DNA from: a virus
Length of the DNA stretch: 64,000 nt
Reading direction: 5' to 3' (one strand)
IMG/VR virus record: IMGVR_UViG_2881147464_000001
Coordinates: 9,453-73,452 of that record
Below, in pieces: positions 27,044 to 37,448 of the stretch. The notes under the pieces are model-generated. The model was not told the DNA's origin and ran no database searches. It saw only the letters and a program-made list of their open reading frames with translations. Position 1 is the stretch's first letter; the number at the start of each line of letters is the position of its first letter. The position numbers and the translations under genes are program-made.

Positions 27044-27782
27044 CTTCACACTTCATTGCGGGGAGGCAGTCGAGATCATGGCGACATTGCCAGATCGCTC
27101 GATCGATATGATCGCGGTCGACCCGCCTTACAATTCCACGCAGAACTCTTGGGATGTGATCATCCCTTTCGAGCCGATGTGGAAGGAGATCTGGCGGCTC
27201 TGCCGCGGCGCTGTCGTTTTCACGGCCATGCAGCCATTTTCGTCGGCGCTGGTGATGAGTCAGGTCAAGCATTTCCGCCATGAATGGGTTTGGGAGAAGA
27301 ACAAGGCGACCGGTCACCTGAATGCGAAAAAAGCGCCGATGAGGGCGCATGAGCTCGTGCTTGTCTTTTCCAAGGAGACCCCGCCGTACTTTCCGCAGAT
27401 GACCGACGGCCACACGCCGGGGAACTTCGCCGTCCGGCGGACCAACACGTCGAACTACGGAGCGCAGAAGCCGACCGAGTATGGTGGATCGACAGAGCGC
27501 TATCCGCGGTCAGTCCAACAGTTCCCAATCATCAACAACGATGATCCTGAGAAGGTGCATCCAACCCAGAAGCCGGTCGACCTTTTCGAATGCCTGATCA
27601 AGACCTATAGCCGAGAGGGTGACACGATACTGGATTTCTCTATGGGATCCGGAACGACCGGGGTCGCATGCCGCCGGACCAATAGAAACTTTATCGGCAT
27701 TGAACTCGATCCGGACTACGTGATGATCGCGCGCGGCCGGATTGAGAACGATGCTGGCCCGTTGTTTGCGGGTGTCGCATGA
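27027..27782 (+). CDS. beta-class N6-adenine/N4-cytosine DNA methyltransferase
   Basis: DPPY, HPTQKP, LDFSMGSGTT, FIGIELD. Confidence 0.92.
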   Translation: MTTSPNFTLHCGEAVEIMATLPDRSIDMIAVDPPYNSTQNSWDVIIPFEPMWKEIWRLCRGAVVFTAMQPFSSALVMSQVKHFRHEWVWEKNKATGHLNAKKAPMRAHELVLVFSKETPPYFPQMTDGHTPGNFAVRRTNTSNYGAQKPTEYGGSTERYPRSVQQFPIINNDDPEKVHPTQKPVDLFECLIKTYSREGDTILDFSMGSGTTGVACRRTNRNFIGIELDPDYVMIARGRIENDAGPLFAGVA

Positions 27783-29461
27783 CTCCAATCTACGGCAAAC
27801 TGGCGCTGCAAGGGAATCGCTGGGTGCTCAGCGATATCCCGCCGCATGTCGCCATCCGCATGAAGGACATCTTCAGGCGCATCCCAAAGACACAGACGAA
27901 AGTGTTCGATCTTCCGGCCACCGATGAAATGTCGGCCGACCTGTCGTGGTTCATGAAGCGCTATCCGCTGGCGATGTCGGATACGGACAGAGATCTGCTC
28001 GAGGGCCGGCGCGCCAAATTCGATCAAGACCGTGCGAATGTCGAAGCCATTCTGTCGCCGGAATGGAAGTCCCAACAAGTCAGGCATGGTTTCCGGCCTG
28101 GCTATGCTCCTTACGAGATGCAGCAACAGGCAGTCGAACTCCTGCATCTGACTCGGCGCCTCTTGCTCGGCGATGACGTTGGGTTCGGCAAGACCATCGT
28201 GGCCATGGCGGCACTCGCCGGCTCGCAATACCTGCCAGCGGCGATCGTAGTGCAGGCCCATCTGCCACAACAGTGGGTCGACGAGTTCATCAAGCCGTTC
28301 ACCTACATGACCGCGCATGTCATCAAGGGCACCGAGCCCTATCGGCTGCCCCCGGCCAATCTCTACATCTTCCGCTACACCAACATCCACGGCTGGGCCG
28401 ATCTCGCCGCGACTGGCATGTTCAAGGCTGTCGTGTTCGACGAGATCCAAGACCTGCGTGCCGGCTTCGAAATGGAAGGCAGGCCGGGAGAGGGGACGCG
28501 CAAGGGCGCCGCGGCGAAAGTGTTTGCCGACAATGCCGAGTTGAGGCTCGGGCTCTCAGCGACCCCGGTGTTCAACTACGGCTCGGAAATCTGGAACATC
28601 ATGCAGTTCATCGACCCCGACGTGCTCGGCGATTGGTGGGAGTTCGTCCGCGAATGGTGCCACAGCAAGAACGGCAAATGGTTGGTCACCGATCCTGATG
28701 CACTTGGAACCTACCTGCGTGAGGCGAAGGTGTTCCTGCGCCGCATCAGACAGGGTAGGCCGATCAACCGCATTCCGATCGAGGTCGATTTCGACGAGGA
28801 CGTTGCGGCCGACGCCGAGAAACTGGCGCGCTCGCTGGCGATGAAGGTGATCGGCGGAAAGTTCCACGAGGCAGGCCAGGCCGCGCGCGAGCTCGATGCC
28901 TTCGCCCGCCTGCAAACCGGGCTGGCCAAGGCCAAGAGTGTGGCGACCTATGTGCGGATGCTCATCGAGGAAGGTGGCGAACAGATCATCCTCGGTGGCT
29001 GGCACCGCGAAGTCTACAAGATCTGGCTGGAGGAACTCGCCGACTTCAAGCCAATCCTCTACACAGGAACCGAATCGCCGCAGCAGAAGGATCGAGCGAA
29101 GAAGGCCTTCATCAATCGAGAGGCTAACCCGCTCATCATCTCGCTCCGGTCTGGCGCTGGTCTGGATGGCCTTCAGCGCGTCTGCAGCACTGTTGTCGTC
29201 GGCGAATTCGACTGGTCGCCCCAAGTGGTCGAGCAGCTGCTCGGTCGCGTTGATCGACCTGGGCAGACCAAAGACGAGGTCACTGCGATATTCCCCTATG
29301 TGAACTTCGGATCCGATCCGACCATCATGGCCGTCAACGCCATAAAGAAGGATCAGGCCCGCGGCATCAACGATCCCGGGATGGCGCTGCCGAAGGTCTA
29401 TACGGACGAGTCGCGCATCAAGCTTCTGGCGCAGCAGTTCTTGGAAAAGAGATCCGCATGA
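27779..29461 (+). CDS. SNF2-like helicase
   Basis: LLGDDVGFGKT, VVFDEIQ, LSATP, GAGLDGLQ, QLLGRVDRPGQ. Confidence 0.88.
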   Translation: MTPIYGKLALQGNRWVLSDIPPHVAIRMKDIFRRIPKTQTKVFDLPATDEMSADLSWFMKRYPLAMSDTDRDLLEGRRAKFDQDRANVEAILSPEWKSQQVRHGFRPGYAPYEMQQQAVELLHLTRRLLLGDDVGFGKTIVAMAALAGSQYLPAAIVVQAHLPQQWVDEFIKPFTYMTAHVIKGTEPYRLPPANLYIFRYTNIHGWADLAATGMFKAVVFDEIQDLRAGFEMEGRPGEGTRKGAAAKVFADNAELRLGLSATPVFNYGSEIWNIMQFIDPDVLGDWWEFVREWCHSKNGKWLVTDPDALGTYLREAKVFLRRIRQGRPINRIPIEVDFDEDVAADAEKLARSLAMKVIGGKFHEAGQAARELDAFARLQTGLAKAKSVATYVRMLIEEGGEQIILGGWHREVYKIWLEELADFKPILYTGTESPQQKDRAKKAFINREANPLIISLRSGAGLDGLQRVCSTVVVGEFDWSPQVVEQLLGRVDRPGQTKDEVTAIFPYVNFGSDPTIMAVNAIKKDQARGINDPGMALPKVYTDESRIKLLAQQFLEKRSA

Positions 29462-29844
29462 AAAGGATCCCCAAGCAAGACATGCTGGCGGTGCGTCATG
29501 TGCCGCTGTGGGCCCGGGAGATCATCAACGAGGTCGCCTCGAAGCACGGCGTCGCCGCCAATGTCATCGTCATGGACTTCAGGGACGACAAGACCTGCCG
29601 CGCACGTCGGGAAGCCATGTATCAGATCAAGGTGAAGAAGCCGACGCTGTCATCGCCGCAGATCGCCAAATGGTTCGACAAGAACTGGACGACGGTCCTC
29701 TATTCGCTGGCGCGCCATTCCCATGAGACCGGCGATCCGCCGATATCGAACTACAGCCTTGAGAAGAGATTGCAGCGGCCGTCGACCGGCAGGCCTGTTG
29801 GCAGGCCAAGGAAGGAAAAGGAGGCGCCGCATGCGGCTCGTTGA
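29458..29844 (+). CDS. DnaA C-terminal-like HTH protein with AT-hook tail
   Basis: ARREAMY...LSSPQIAKWFDKNWTTVLY; GRPVGRPRK. Confidence 0.75.
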   Translation: MKRIPKQDMLAVRHVPLWAREIINEVASKHGVAANVIVMDFRDDKTCRARREAMYQIKVKKPTLSSPQIAKWFDKNWTTVLYSLARHSHETGDPPISNYSLEKRLQRPSTGRPVGRPRKEKEAPHAAR

Positions 29845-30661
29845 TTCAAGACCGTTTGCGTCATTCGTCGGTGAGATCGTTTCCGAAAAACTCGGCACTA
29901 CGCCCCAGTTGATGTGGCTGCCGATCGCGAATCTCCGTATCGACGAGACCTATCAGCGGGAAGTGCTGCGCAATGGCGCGCGGAACATTGGCCGGATCGC
30001 CAGGTACTTCGACTGGTCGTTGTTCGGGGTCGTCGTCGTCGCGTCTTTGGGAGATGGCTTTTACGCCATTGTCGACGGGCAGCATCGCACCATCGCAGCC
30101 GACATCCGCGGCGTCATAAAGGTGCCGTGCGTCGTCATCGCAGCTGACCCCGGAAAGCAGGCGAAGGCTTTCGCCGCGATCAACGGATCCGTGACTGCCA
30201 TCCACCCCCTTGCGATCTTCGCGGCCGATGTCGCGGCCGGCGACGATGCGGCGGTTCGTCTGCGCGATGTCTGCCTCGCCGGCGGCGTCACGATCTGCCG
30301 CAATCCGGTGCCATCAAATCTCATGAAGCCTGGCCAGACGATCGCCGTCGGCACGTTGAAGGAATGCCTGAAGAGTTACGGTGCCGATCACCTGGCTTTG
30401 GCGCTGCGCTGCATAACCGTCCACGGGGGCCGAGGGACGGGTCTGGTGAAGTCACCGGCAATCAAGGCCATTTGCCACGTCCTCGACGCCGAGCGCTCGT
30501 GGATGGTGCCGGAAGGCCGCCTAATAAAGGCGATGTCGAGGTTCGATCTACGCAATGAGTTGAACGATGCTGATGTTGAAGCGCGGCAGAAGCATATGCG
30601 GCACCACTCGGCGTTGGCGCTCCGACTCTTCGATTACCTCGACGCGGAGATCGGTGCCTGA
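29831..30661 (+). CDS. ParB/Srx-like domain protein
   Basis: LRIDETYQR, IVDGQHRTIAA, AFAAIN. Confidence 0.75.
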   Translation: MRLVDSRPFASFVGEIVSEKLGTTPQLMWLPIANLRIDETYQREVLRNGARNIGRIARYFDWSLFGVVVVASLGDGFYAIVDGQHRTIAADIRGVIKVPCVVIAADPGKQAKAFAAINGSVTAIHPLAIFAADVAAGDDAAVRLRDVCLAGGVTICRNPVPSNLMKPGQTIAVGTLKECLKSYGADHLALALRCITVHGGRGTGLVKSPAIKAICHVLDAERSWMVPEGRLIKAMSRFDLRNELNDADVEARQKHMRHHSALALRLFDYLDAEIGA

Positions 30662-30663
30662 CC

Positions 30664-31308
30664 ATGGTCCGCCCGAAGGCATTCGATGACGATCTGATCA
30701 AGAGTGGCCCCAAGCTGATGGCATTTGCTGTCAGCCTCGCCGGCGATCGTGATCGGGCCCTGGATCTCGTGCAATCGACGATGCTGCGTGCGCTTGAGAA
30801 GTTCGAGCAGTTCCAATCAGGGACAAACCTCCATGCATGGCTGTTCACGATCATGCGCAATGATTGGATTTCGACATGCCGCAAGCGCGGGCGCGAGGTT
30901 GAGGACGTCGACGATGCTTTCGCGAAAGCGGTTCCGATCGGCGAGGGGCAAAGTTCCGCCGTTGACCTGAAAGTCATACGCCGGCGCATGCGGATGATGA
31001 ACTCGGACATGCGCAAGGTGGTCGAACTCGCCACACTTGGTCATGAGTATCATGAGATAGCCGTGCGCTTCGGCATTGCCGAAGGGACGGTTAAAAGCCG
31101 TGTCAGCCGTGCGCGCGATTTCCTCGAATCCGGAGATGAGGCGACACTCGCCGAACCGGCGGCCGAAGTGCAGCCCGTTCCACGCAAGGCGACGATCACC
31201 AAATTGTATGAGCGTGGCGCTTCGACGACCGAGATCGCCGAGGCAACAAGCCTGACGCGCTCGGAAGTGATGCGCGCCATCGGCGAACTGAAGTTGAAGC
31301 GCAAATGA
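30664..31308 (+). CDS. ECF-type sigma factor
   Basis: DLVQSTMLRA, TNLHAWLFTIMRN, YHEIA...GTVKSRVSRAR. Confidence 0.88.
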   Translation: MVRPKAFDDDLIKSGPKLMAFAVSLAGDRDRALDLVQSTMLRALEKFEQFQSGTNLHAWLFTIMRNDWISTCRKRGREVEDVDDAFAKAVPIGEGQSSAVDLKVIRRRMRMMNSDMRKVVELATLGHEYHEIAVRFGIAEGTVKSRVSRARDFLESGDEATLAEPAAEVQPVPRKATITKLYERGASTTEIAEATSLTRSEVMRAIGELKLKRK

Positions 31309-32456
31309 GCCGGCAGGACGACGCACAGGAAATCCGCCGGCGACTCGAGGATGACATCGAGGGCGTGCTCGACGCGACCTATCCAGGCTGGATGCAGCGC
31401 GGGAAAATTGCCTATCTGACGCCGAAGAACAACAAGGAACTCGGGTCATTCACGGTCTCGCTCGATGACAGCAACAAGATGCCGCGGGGATCTTGGTATC
31501 GCTTCAGCCAGTCGATTGGTGGCGGCAGCATCGAACTCATCTCCTATTGGAAGACCGGCCGCAAGGATGATTACCGCGAGGCGTTCAAGTGGGCTCGAGA
31601 TTTTCTTGGCATCCAGCAGCACGAAGAATCTCCGCAAGAGAAGGCTGAACGTGAAGCGCGCCAAGCGAAGGAGCGCCAGCAACGTGAAGCCAAAGCCAAG
31701 GCTGATGCCGAACGGACGGCGAAGAAGAATCAGGAGCGCACGCTCAGCGCCAAGGAAGTTTGGGACGAAAGCAAGCCGCTCGAGGGCACTCTCGGCGAGC
31801 AATATCTGATCGCCCGCGGCATCCCTCCAATCGCACAGTGGCCATGGAAGCCGGATGACACGCTGCGCTTTCATCCGGCGCTGGATTTCGAACCCGACCG
31901 CGACGCTGGCCGCTTTCCGGCCGTTGTCTGCAAGGTCGTCGACGCCTTCGGTGATCTTATAGCGGTGTGGCAAATCTACCTGCAGCGCGACAAGCCGGCC
32001 AAGGCCGATCTGTCGCCGAGCCCGAAGATCGGCCGCGGTCCGGCCACCGGCGGCGCCATCCGGATCGGCGGTGACGCGGCCGAGATCGACGGGGCCGAAG
32101 GCGCCGAGACGGCGCTCGGTGCCTGGTTTCTGGATGGCCACCGAAGGCCTGTTTGGTCGTTTATGTCGACCAGCGGCATGAAGAATTTCGAGCCGCCGAC
32201 TTTCGTGGAGCGGCTCGGGATATGGAAGGACGGCGACAAGGCCGTCATGGGGCCGCAGGGGCGCGTGTTGCCGCCGCCCGGTCAGCATGCGGCCGAGGAA
32301 CTGCAGAAGCGCATGAAATCCGTCGGGATCAAATGCCCGATCCATGACGTCTGCCGTGATGGCGATGCGCTCGATCTCTGGAACTCGCGGCAGAAATTCG
32401 AAAAACGCATGGTGAAGGAAGGCGGGAATGGCGAAGCAGCAAACACAGCATCTTGA
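31305..32456 (+). CDS. TOPRIM primase (P4/Toprim_3-like)
   Basis: YLIARGI, LRFHP, AEGAETAL, KDGDKA. Confidence 0.8.
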   Translation: MSRQDDAQEIRRRLEDDIEGVLDATYPGWMQRGKIAYLTPKNNKELGSFTVSLDDSNKMPRGSWYRFSQSIGGGSIELISYWKTGRKDDYREAFKWARDFLGIQQHEESPQEKAEREARQAKERQQREAKAKADAERTAKKNQERTLSAKEVWDESKPLEGTLGEQYLIARGIPPIAQWPWKPDDTLRFHPALDFEPDRDAGRFPAVVCKVVDAFGDLIAVWQIYLQRDKPAKADLSPSPKIGRGPATGGAIRIGGDAAEIDGAEGAETALGAWFLDGHRRPVWSFMSTSGMKNFEPPTFVERLGIWKDGDKAVMGPQGRVLPPPGQHAAEELQKRMKSVGIKCPIHDVCRDGDALDLWNSRQKFEKRMVKEGGNGEAANTAS

Positions 32457-33798
32457 AAACCTCGCTGCCGAGCGCATGGTGCTCGGCAAGGTTCTTCAGT
32501 CCGAGGCATCCTTTTGGGCAGTTGCCGACGCCCTGCATGCCTTCCACTTCTCGCGCGAGATCCATCAGCGCATCTACCAGGCAATCCGCGACATCCTGAC
32601 CGAAGGCAAGCGGATGTCGATCGCCATCATCGAAAGCCGGCTCGGGCCTGAATACGATGACGACGGAAAATCCACCGTGTCACTCCTCACCGCACTGCTG
32701 CGCGACGCCGAGAACAATGAATCGGCGTTGGACGAAGTGGAACAGATTGTCGATCTCTGGCGCCACCGCAAGCTGATCGAGACGCTCGAGCATGGGCTGA
32801 AGGAGGCGAAGAAGCCGAACGTCATGCCAGCCGACCTGCTTTCCGACATGGAAGTGAAGATCAAGGACATCAACGTCAATAGCCAGGCTGAACCGCTGAA
32901 GTGGATCGGCGACATTGCCGGTAAGGTGCTGACCCGATCTGCGAAGACGAAGGACACCGGCATTATCCCGGGCTTCGACACAGGCCTGCCGACGCTCGAT
33001 CAACTGATCGGCCGAATCCATGCCGGCGATCTGGGGTTCATCGGAGCGCGCGCGGGGGACGCCAAGACGCTGCTTTCCTTCCAATTGGCCTTGCGCGCGC
33101 AACTCTACATGCCCGGCATCTTCTTCGAGCTCGAGATGAAGGACGAGGATCTTACGGCTCGCGCCATGGCAGGCGAGACCAATGTGTCGGTCGCCGAGAT
33201 CGAGGCAGGCTCCTATGACGCTTTCGCGCTGGAGGATCTGAAATCTGCCAGAGACAAGCTGAAGGGTGCCAGAATCGTCATCGATGATCGACCAAAGCTT
33301 GCGGTCGAACAAATGCGGGATAGATGTGTGGCCATGAAGCGCCGGCACGGTCTCGGCTTTGCGGTTGTCGACCATGTTCGCCTGGTCAGGACATTCAACA
33401 AGTCGACGAACAAGTTTGACCGGATCGAGCATGTGACAGGCGAGTTCAAGGCGCTGGCAAAGGATCTCGGTATCGCTTTTATCGTGCTTTCGCAGGTGAC
33501 CAGATCATCGCAGAGACGAGATGATCCATTCCCGAATCTGACGGACCTCGATGGCGGCGGCAGTATTGAACAAGACGCGGATTGGTGCGTCTCACTGTTC
33601 AGGCGAGATCGGTGGCTGAAGGGTCAACGGCCGCAGGAGATGGACAGCAAGGAGGGCAGGGAGTGGGCCGAACAGATGCAGCGCTGGAAGAACAGGATCG
33701 AGGTGCGATGCCTCAAGAGGCGGCGCGGTGAAGACGGCGAGACGGCCGAATTCGAGTTCGACGGTCGCCGCGGGCAACTCCGGGAAGTGGAGCGTTGA
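32428..33798 (+). CDS. dnaB: replicative DnaB-like helicase
   Basis: TGLPTLD, GARAGDAKT, VVDHVRL, VLSQVTR, GSIEQDAD, KRRRGE. Confidence 0.92.
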   Translation: MAKQQTQHLENLAAERMVLGKVLQSEASFWAVADALHAFHFSREIHQRIYQAIRDILTEGKRMSIAIIESRLGPEYDDDGKSTVSLLTALLRDAENNESALDEVEQIVDLWRHRKLIETLEHGLKEAKKPNVMPADLLSDMEVKIKDINVNSQAEPLKWIGDIAGKVLTRSAKTKDTGIIPGFDTGLPTLDQLIGRIHAGDLGFIGARAGDAKTLLSFQLALRAQLYMPGIFFELEMKDEDLTARAMAGETNVSVAEIEAGSYDAFALEDLKSARDKLKGARIVIDDRPKLAVEQMRDRCVAMKRRHGLGFAVVDHVRLVRTFNKSTNKFDRIEHVTGEFKALAKDLGIAFIVLSQVTRSSQRRDDPFPNLTDLDGGGSIEQDADWCVSLFRRDRWLKGQRPQEMDSKEGREWAEQMQRWKNRIEVRCLKRRRGEDGETAEFEFDGRRGQLREVER

Positions 33799-33799
33799 C

Positions 33800-34846
33800 A
33801 TGAAGCCGGAAAAGCAGGCCAAGCAGCAAAAGAAGAAGGAACTGGGTATCGTAACCTTCACGATCTCGGTCTTGTGGCTAAGCGGTAGGTCGATCAAGGC
33901 GATCGCCATGTTGAGCCAGAGGTCGACCGGCAGCATTCGTGGAATCGTCCACCGCGCTTTCCCGACGCCGCGCGAGCAGATGTCGATCGCAGACAGGCAA
34001 GAAAAGCTGGACGAGATGAAGAGGCACCGCGTCGACGAGGGGAGACTTCCGGACAAGTATTTCATCGCCGCCGAATTGGCGCCGGCGCAGGCAGCTCCGG
34101 CCAAATCCGAGCCATCCGTCCTTGGTCCGCTGTCCTGGTACATGAAGCCTAAGCCGCAGGCACCAGCACCTCTTCCGGTTCCGGATTCGCGAACCAGAGA
34201 AGGGCGCAAGGAAATCCAACGCCGGAAGCAGCAAGCCAGGCGCGAGGAAAAGCTTGCCGCCGAGGAGCAGGCAGCCCGTGAAATGGGGGGTGCCGAGAAT
34301 CGCGGCCTGAAGGGCTCGGCGCTCGAATATCTGCATGACATCGGGACATTGGCCGATCCCGCCGAGAAGCGCGTCGATGCACCGAAGATCAGTGGGATCT
34401 CAAGCAAGGAACGCCGCAAGGAAGCTGGAAGGATACTGCGCGGCTACATGGATGGCTGCCGCATCGGCGGCATGAGTAGCATCGACTTCGACCGCGTCGG
34501 TCGGGGTTCGAACAGCCGCCTCGCCATTTCAGCCTACCGACTTCAGGCGATCCATGCCATCGGCGCCATCCGGCAGATGATGACCGACCGCGATTTTGCG
34601 CTGCTTGAGGCGGTCGTCGACCGGGACGAGTGCGTCTGGGAAAGCATTCCCAGCACGCAGGCGCGCAGTCTGGTCTATGAGGCAATCCGGCAGGCGCTCG
34701 ACGTCGTCGCTGTGTTCGAGGAATTGATGGGTCGTACCGCATTCGCCTCGAGGTGGGGACGCGAGTTGCCGATTGTGAAAGGCATGGAGAGGGACGAGGC
34801 GCGGCGCGTCTCCAATGCGGCGGAACAGATATTGAGGCAAGCCTGA
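33800..34846 (+). CDS. hypothetical protein (possible late/antitermination regulator position)
   Basis: ORF immediately after dnaB; no firm motif. Confidence 0.65.
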   Translation: MKPEKQAKQQKKKELGIVTFTISVLWLSGRSIKAIAMLSQRSTGSIRGIVHRAFPTPREQMSIADRQEKLDEMKRHRVDEGRLPDKYFIAAELAPAQAAPAKSEPSVLGPLSWYMKPKPQAPAPLPVPDSRTREGRKEIQRRKQQARREEKLAAEEQAAREMGGAENRGLKGSALEYLHDIGTLADPAEKRVDAPKISGISSKERRKEAGRILRGYMDGCRIGGMSSIDFDRVGRGSNSRLAISAYRLQAIHAIGAIRQMMTDRDFALLEAVVDRDECVWESIPSTQARSLVYEAIRQALDVVAVFEELMGRTAFASRWGRELPIVKGMERDEARRVSNAAEQILRQA

Positions 34847-35190
34847 TGTGTGAACGTCTACCTGGCCGCAGGGCCTCGGAGGTTCTGGAATTCCACCATA
34901 TCGAAGCCAACGGCAACAAGTCTCCGTTCACATCGACAATCGGCTTCTATGCGGATGGCCGGATCGGCGAAATGTTCATCTATGCGCAGAAGGCCGATTC
35001 AGCCATCGGCCTGATCTGCCATGATGCCGCCGTGCTAATCTCGATCGCCCTGCAGTGCGGCGCTACCATCGAGGAGTTGCGCAGCTCAGTCGCGCGCACC
35101 AGCATCGAAGGCGGGCGACCGCAAAGCATCATCGGGACGGCCCTTGATGTCCTGGCGGCGCGGGAGGCTGAAGGTGGTAAAGGCCCTTGA
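34846..35190 (+). CDS. TSCPD-domain protein (NrdJ C-terminal-like)
   Basis: RERLP-like CERLPGRR, FYADGRIGEMF, ISIALQCG. Confidence 0.75.
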   Translation: MCERLPGRRASEVLEFHHIEANGNKSPFTSTIGFYADGRIGEMFIYAQKADSAIGLICHDAAVLISIALQCGATIEELRSSVARTSIEGGRPQSIIGTALDVLAAREAEGGKGP

Positions 35191-35395
35191 TGTCCCGCAC
35201 GCCGCCGCAGTCGAGGCCAGCATTGACGATGACGGCAACGTTCACATTGTCTTGAAGGATGAGAAGGGTAACCCGTTTGCCGGCGTCGTCTTCACGCTCA
35301 ATGGTGCGATCAGCACGGTCGAAGATCTTAGCGATCTCATCGACGATTACATCGACAAGCACGACACCATTGGACCGTGCATTGGCAGCGCCTAG
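35174..35395 (+). CDS. hypothetical protein
   Basis: GTG start; last gene of rightward operon. Confidence 0.55.
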   Translation: MVKALDVPHAAAVEASIDDDGNVHIVLKDEKGNPFAGVVFTLNGAISTVEDLSDLIDDYIDKHDTIGPCIGSA

Positions 35396-35886
35396 CCGGT
35401 CTCCAGCCGGCGCGGCTTGCGCTCGGATGTGACTTTGTCCGTCACGTTCTCGGCTATATCGATGTTGGTAGCGTCCGCCCGGAACAAGGCAAGCAGGACG
35501 CGGATCGGATGCGGCACATCCTCGGCGCCGTCGATCCAAGTCAGCACGCGATGCTGACTGGTGGCGTAGAGATAGGCGAGGAAGGACGGCGTGATGCCGG
35601 CGGCGCGCAGTTGCTCGGCCAGTTCCGGGCCCGACAGGCGCACATAGCGCTCCGGCTTGCCCTGCTGCTTATTGGCCCTGATCCTCGGACCGTTCAGCAC
35701 CTCGGCCATGCGCCTCCAGCCGGCGAGCTCGGCCTCGAACTCGGTGCTATAGACGGCCGGCGTCTTGCCATCGGGGCGAACGATGTCGGCAACAAGGCCT
35801 GGCGCAATCCACACGGCAACATAGCCCGCGCCGCGGTTGTTGGGCTCGGCCCACGCCCTGTAGATCGGATTGCTCTTGTTCGCCAT
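35392..35886 (-). CDS. hypothetical protein with C-terminal HTH-like segment
   Basis: GGAG SD before MANKSN. Confidence 0.6.
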   Translation of the reverse strand: MANKSNPIYRAWAEPNNRGAGYVAVWIAPGLVADIVRPDGKTPAVYSTEFEAELAGWRRMAEVLNGPRIRANKQQGKPERYVRLSGPELAEQLRAAGITPSFLAYLYATSQHRVLTWIDGAEDVPHPIRVLLALFRADATNIDIAENVTDKVTSERKPRRLETG

Positions 35887-36079
35887 TCCATCTCCGTATG
35901 CGCCACGATCGGCTTTCGAATCGGCAACGATCAAATCCATAGGTCAAAACTCCTTTTTTGTCACGATTGATGAGCGGGGACGGGGCAAGCCCGCCAGCGC
36001 GCGTTTTGCTTGGCCGGTAGTTTGCTGCGTCCGAAGGCCTTCGCGTGCGCTGGCGGCCAAATCTGGCGGCAAAGCGCGC

Positions 36080-36556
36080 CTAATGCTTCATGATCCGGAA
36101 TGCGTGCTTGTGATCGTCGTGGAACTTCGGTTCCTTCGGAGGATAAAGGCCGCGCTGGCGAAGCTCCGTGACAGCATGGCGGTGGCGCGCCGCCCTGGCG
36201 TCGTCGTAGAGGATCTCCTCGTCCGGACAGTCGTCGATCCAGGCAATGAATTTCTTCGCCGCCTCATGGCCATGGGCTGCGGCCAAGCCGAGCGCCATGC
36301 GGCTGGCGATCTCGTTGATCTCGTCGCGTCCGATCCGTCCAGCTTGGGACACGCATTGATCCGATGCCAGCCGTCGCAGACGCACGAATGCCATTCGGGT
36401 GGCGATCGCCGCTTCGGTCTCGGCGAATGACATACCCTCGGCGCGGCAATGATTCCGGAACCGGCGCATCGGCGCGTCATGCGCTTCGGGAAGCAGGCCG
36501 ACGGCCACGCCGGCGACGACCAGGATCAGGATGACGATGGGTCCATATTCAAGCAT
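36080..36556 (-). CDS. hypothetical protein with N-terminal TM
   Basis: ORF coupled to 36549..36686. Confidence 0.6.
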   Translation of the reverse strand: MLEYGPIVILILVVAGVAVGLLPEAHDAPMRRFRNHCRAEGMSFAETEAAIATRMAFVRLRRLASDQCVSQAGRIGRDEINEIASRMALGLAAAHGHEAAKKFIAWIDDCPDEEILYDDARAARHRHAVTELRQRGLYPPKEPKFHDDHKHAFRIMKH

Positions 36557-36686
36557 CGGTGTTGCGCCTTTTGCGGGCCGCCGTCTCCTGCTCGATCTCG
36601 TTTGCCCATTCGGCCAAATAATCCTTGACCGGATCGGCGAAGATGATGCGGCGCACGGCCGCGAATATGGTGCGAAGCGTTTTCAT
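36549..36686 (-). CDS. small hypothetical protein (45 aa)
   Basis: MKTLRTIFAAVRR...; AGGAG SD and upstream hairpin. Confidence 0.6.
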   Translation of the reverse strand: MKTLRTIFAAVRRIIFADPVKDYLAEWANEIEQETAARKRRNTDA

Positions 36687-36947
36687 GCCGGTCTCCTTTC
36701 TTTGCCACAGTTGGCAGTTGGTTTTAGAAAGCGGCGCCGAACAGCATTGCGCCGATATTGTCGATTACGATGTGGCGCATAGGCTGCGGATGATTGCTAC
36801 AGCAACAAGCGCCAAGAACAAGCCGGTGCCAACCCGCCACAGCGGCAGGAGGTAACACCCCGCAATGACTGCATGAACGTGCTTTCGATGGTGAATTTCG
36901 GCATGTGTCGATCTCCTCTTGCTGGCGCGCGCGGCGGGCGGGTTGGA

Positions 36948-37406
36948 TTAGGCGATGGCGTCGATCTCGGCGATGATGGCGCGACCAGCTTCGATGGCGT
37001 TCATGAGGCTCCCGCTGTCATTGGCGTCGCTGGACGTGATGATGTCGCGCAACGCTGTTTCCAGTTCCGCCGCCTTCCAGATGGCGCCGACATGAGCCTC
37101 GATCAGGCGGCCGCCGAAAACGATGTTGCCGTAAAGATCGGTGTGCTCATACTCGGCGCATGATTCAGCGATTTCATCTTCGTCGGCATCGGCATCGCAA
37201 TGGTTGGAGATATGGTTTTCGCGCATGTCGGCGCGACCTTTGGCTTCCGCGTCGTCATAGCTCTCGGCCCGCACGACCGTTCCGTACTCGCCTTGCTCCT
37301 TGTCATTGTCGGACCAGGCGAAAAGAAGGGAAAAGGTCTTCAGCGGCTTGGCCGGCTCAATCGGCAAACCTCCGTGTTTGTCGGCGATCTCTTCGATGGT
37401 GGGCAT
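36948..37406 (-). CDS. acidic hypothetical protein
   Basis: AGGAG SD plus hairpin. Confidence 0.7.
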   Translation of the reverse strand: MPTIEEIADKHGGLPIEPAKPLKTFSLLFAWSDNDKEQGEYGTVVRAESYDDAEAKGRADMRENHISNHCDADADEDEIAESCAEYEHTDLYGNIVFGGRLIEAHVGAIWKAAELETALRDIITSSDANDSGSLMNAIEAGRAIIAEIDAIA

Positions 37407-37448
37407 GTTCTATCTCCTGTGTTTTGCCACGGTTGGCGTTTCTGTGTT

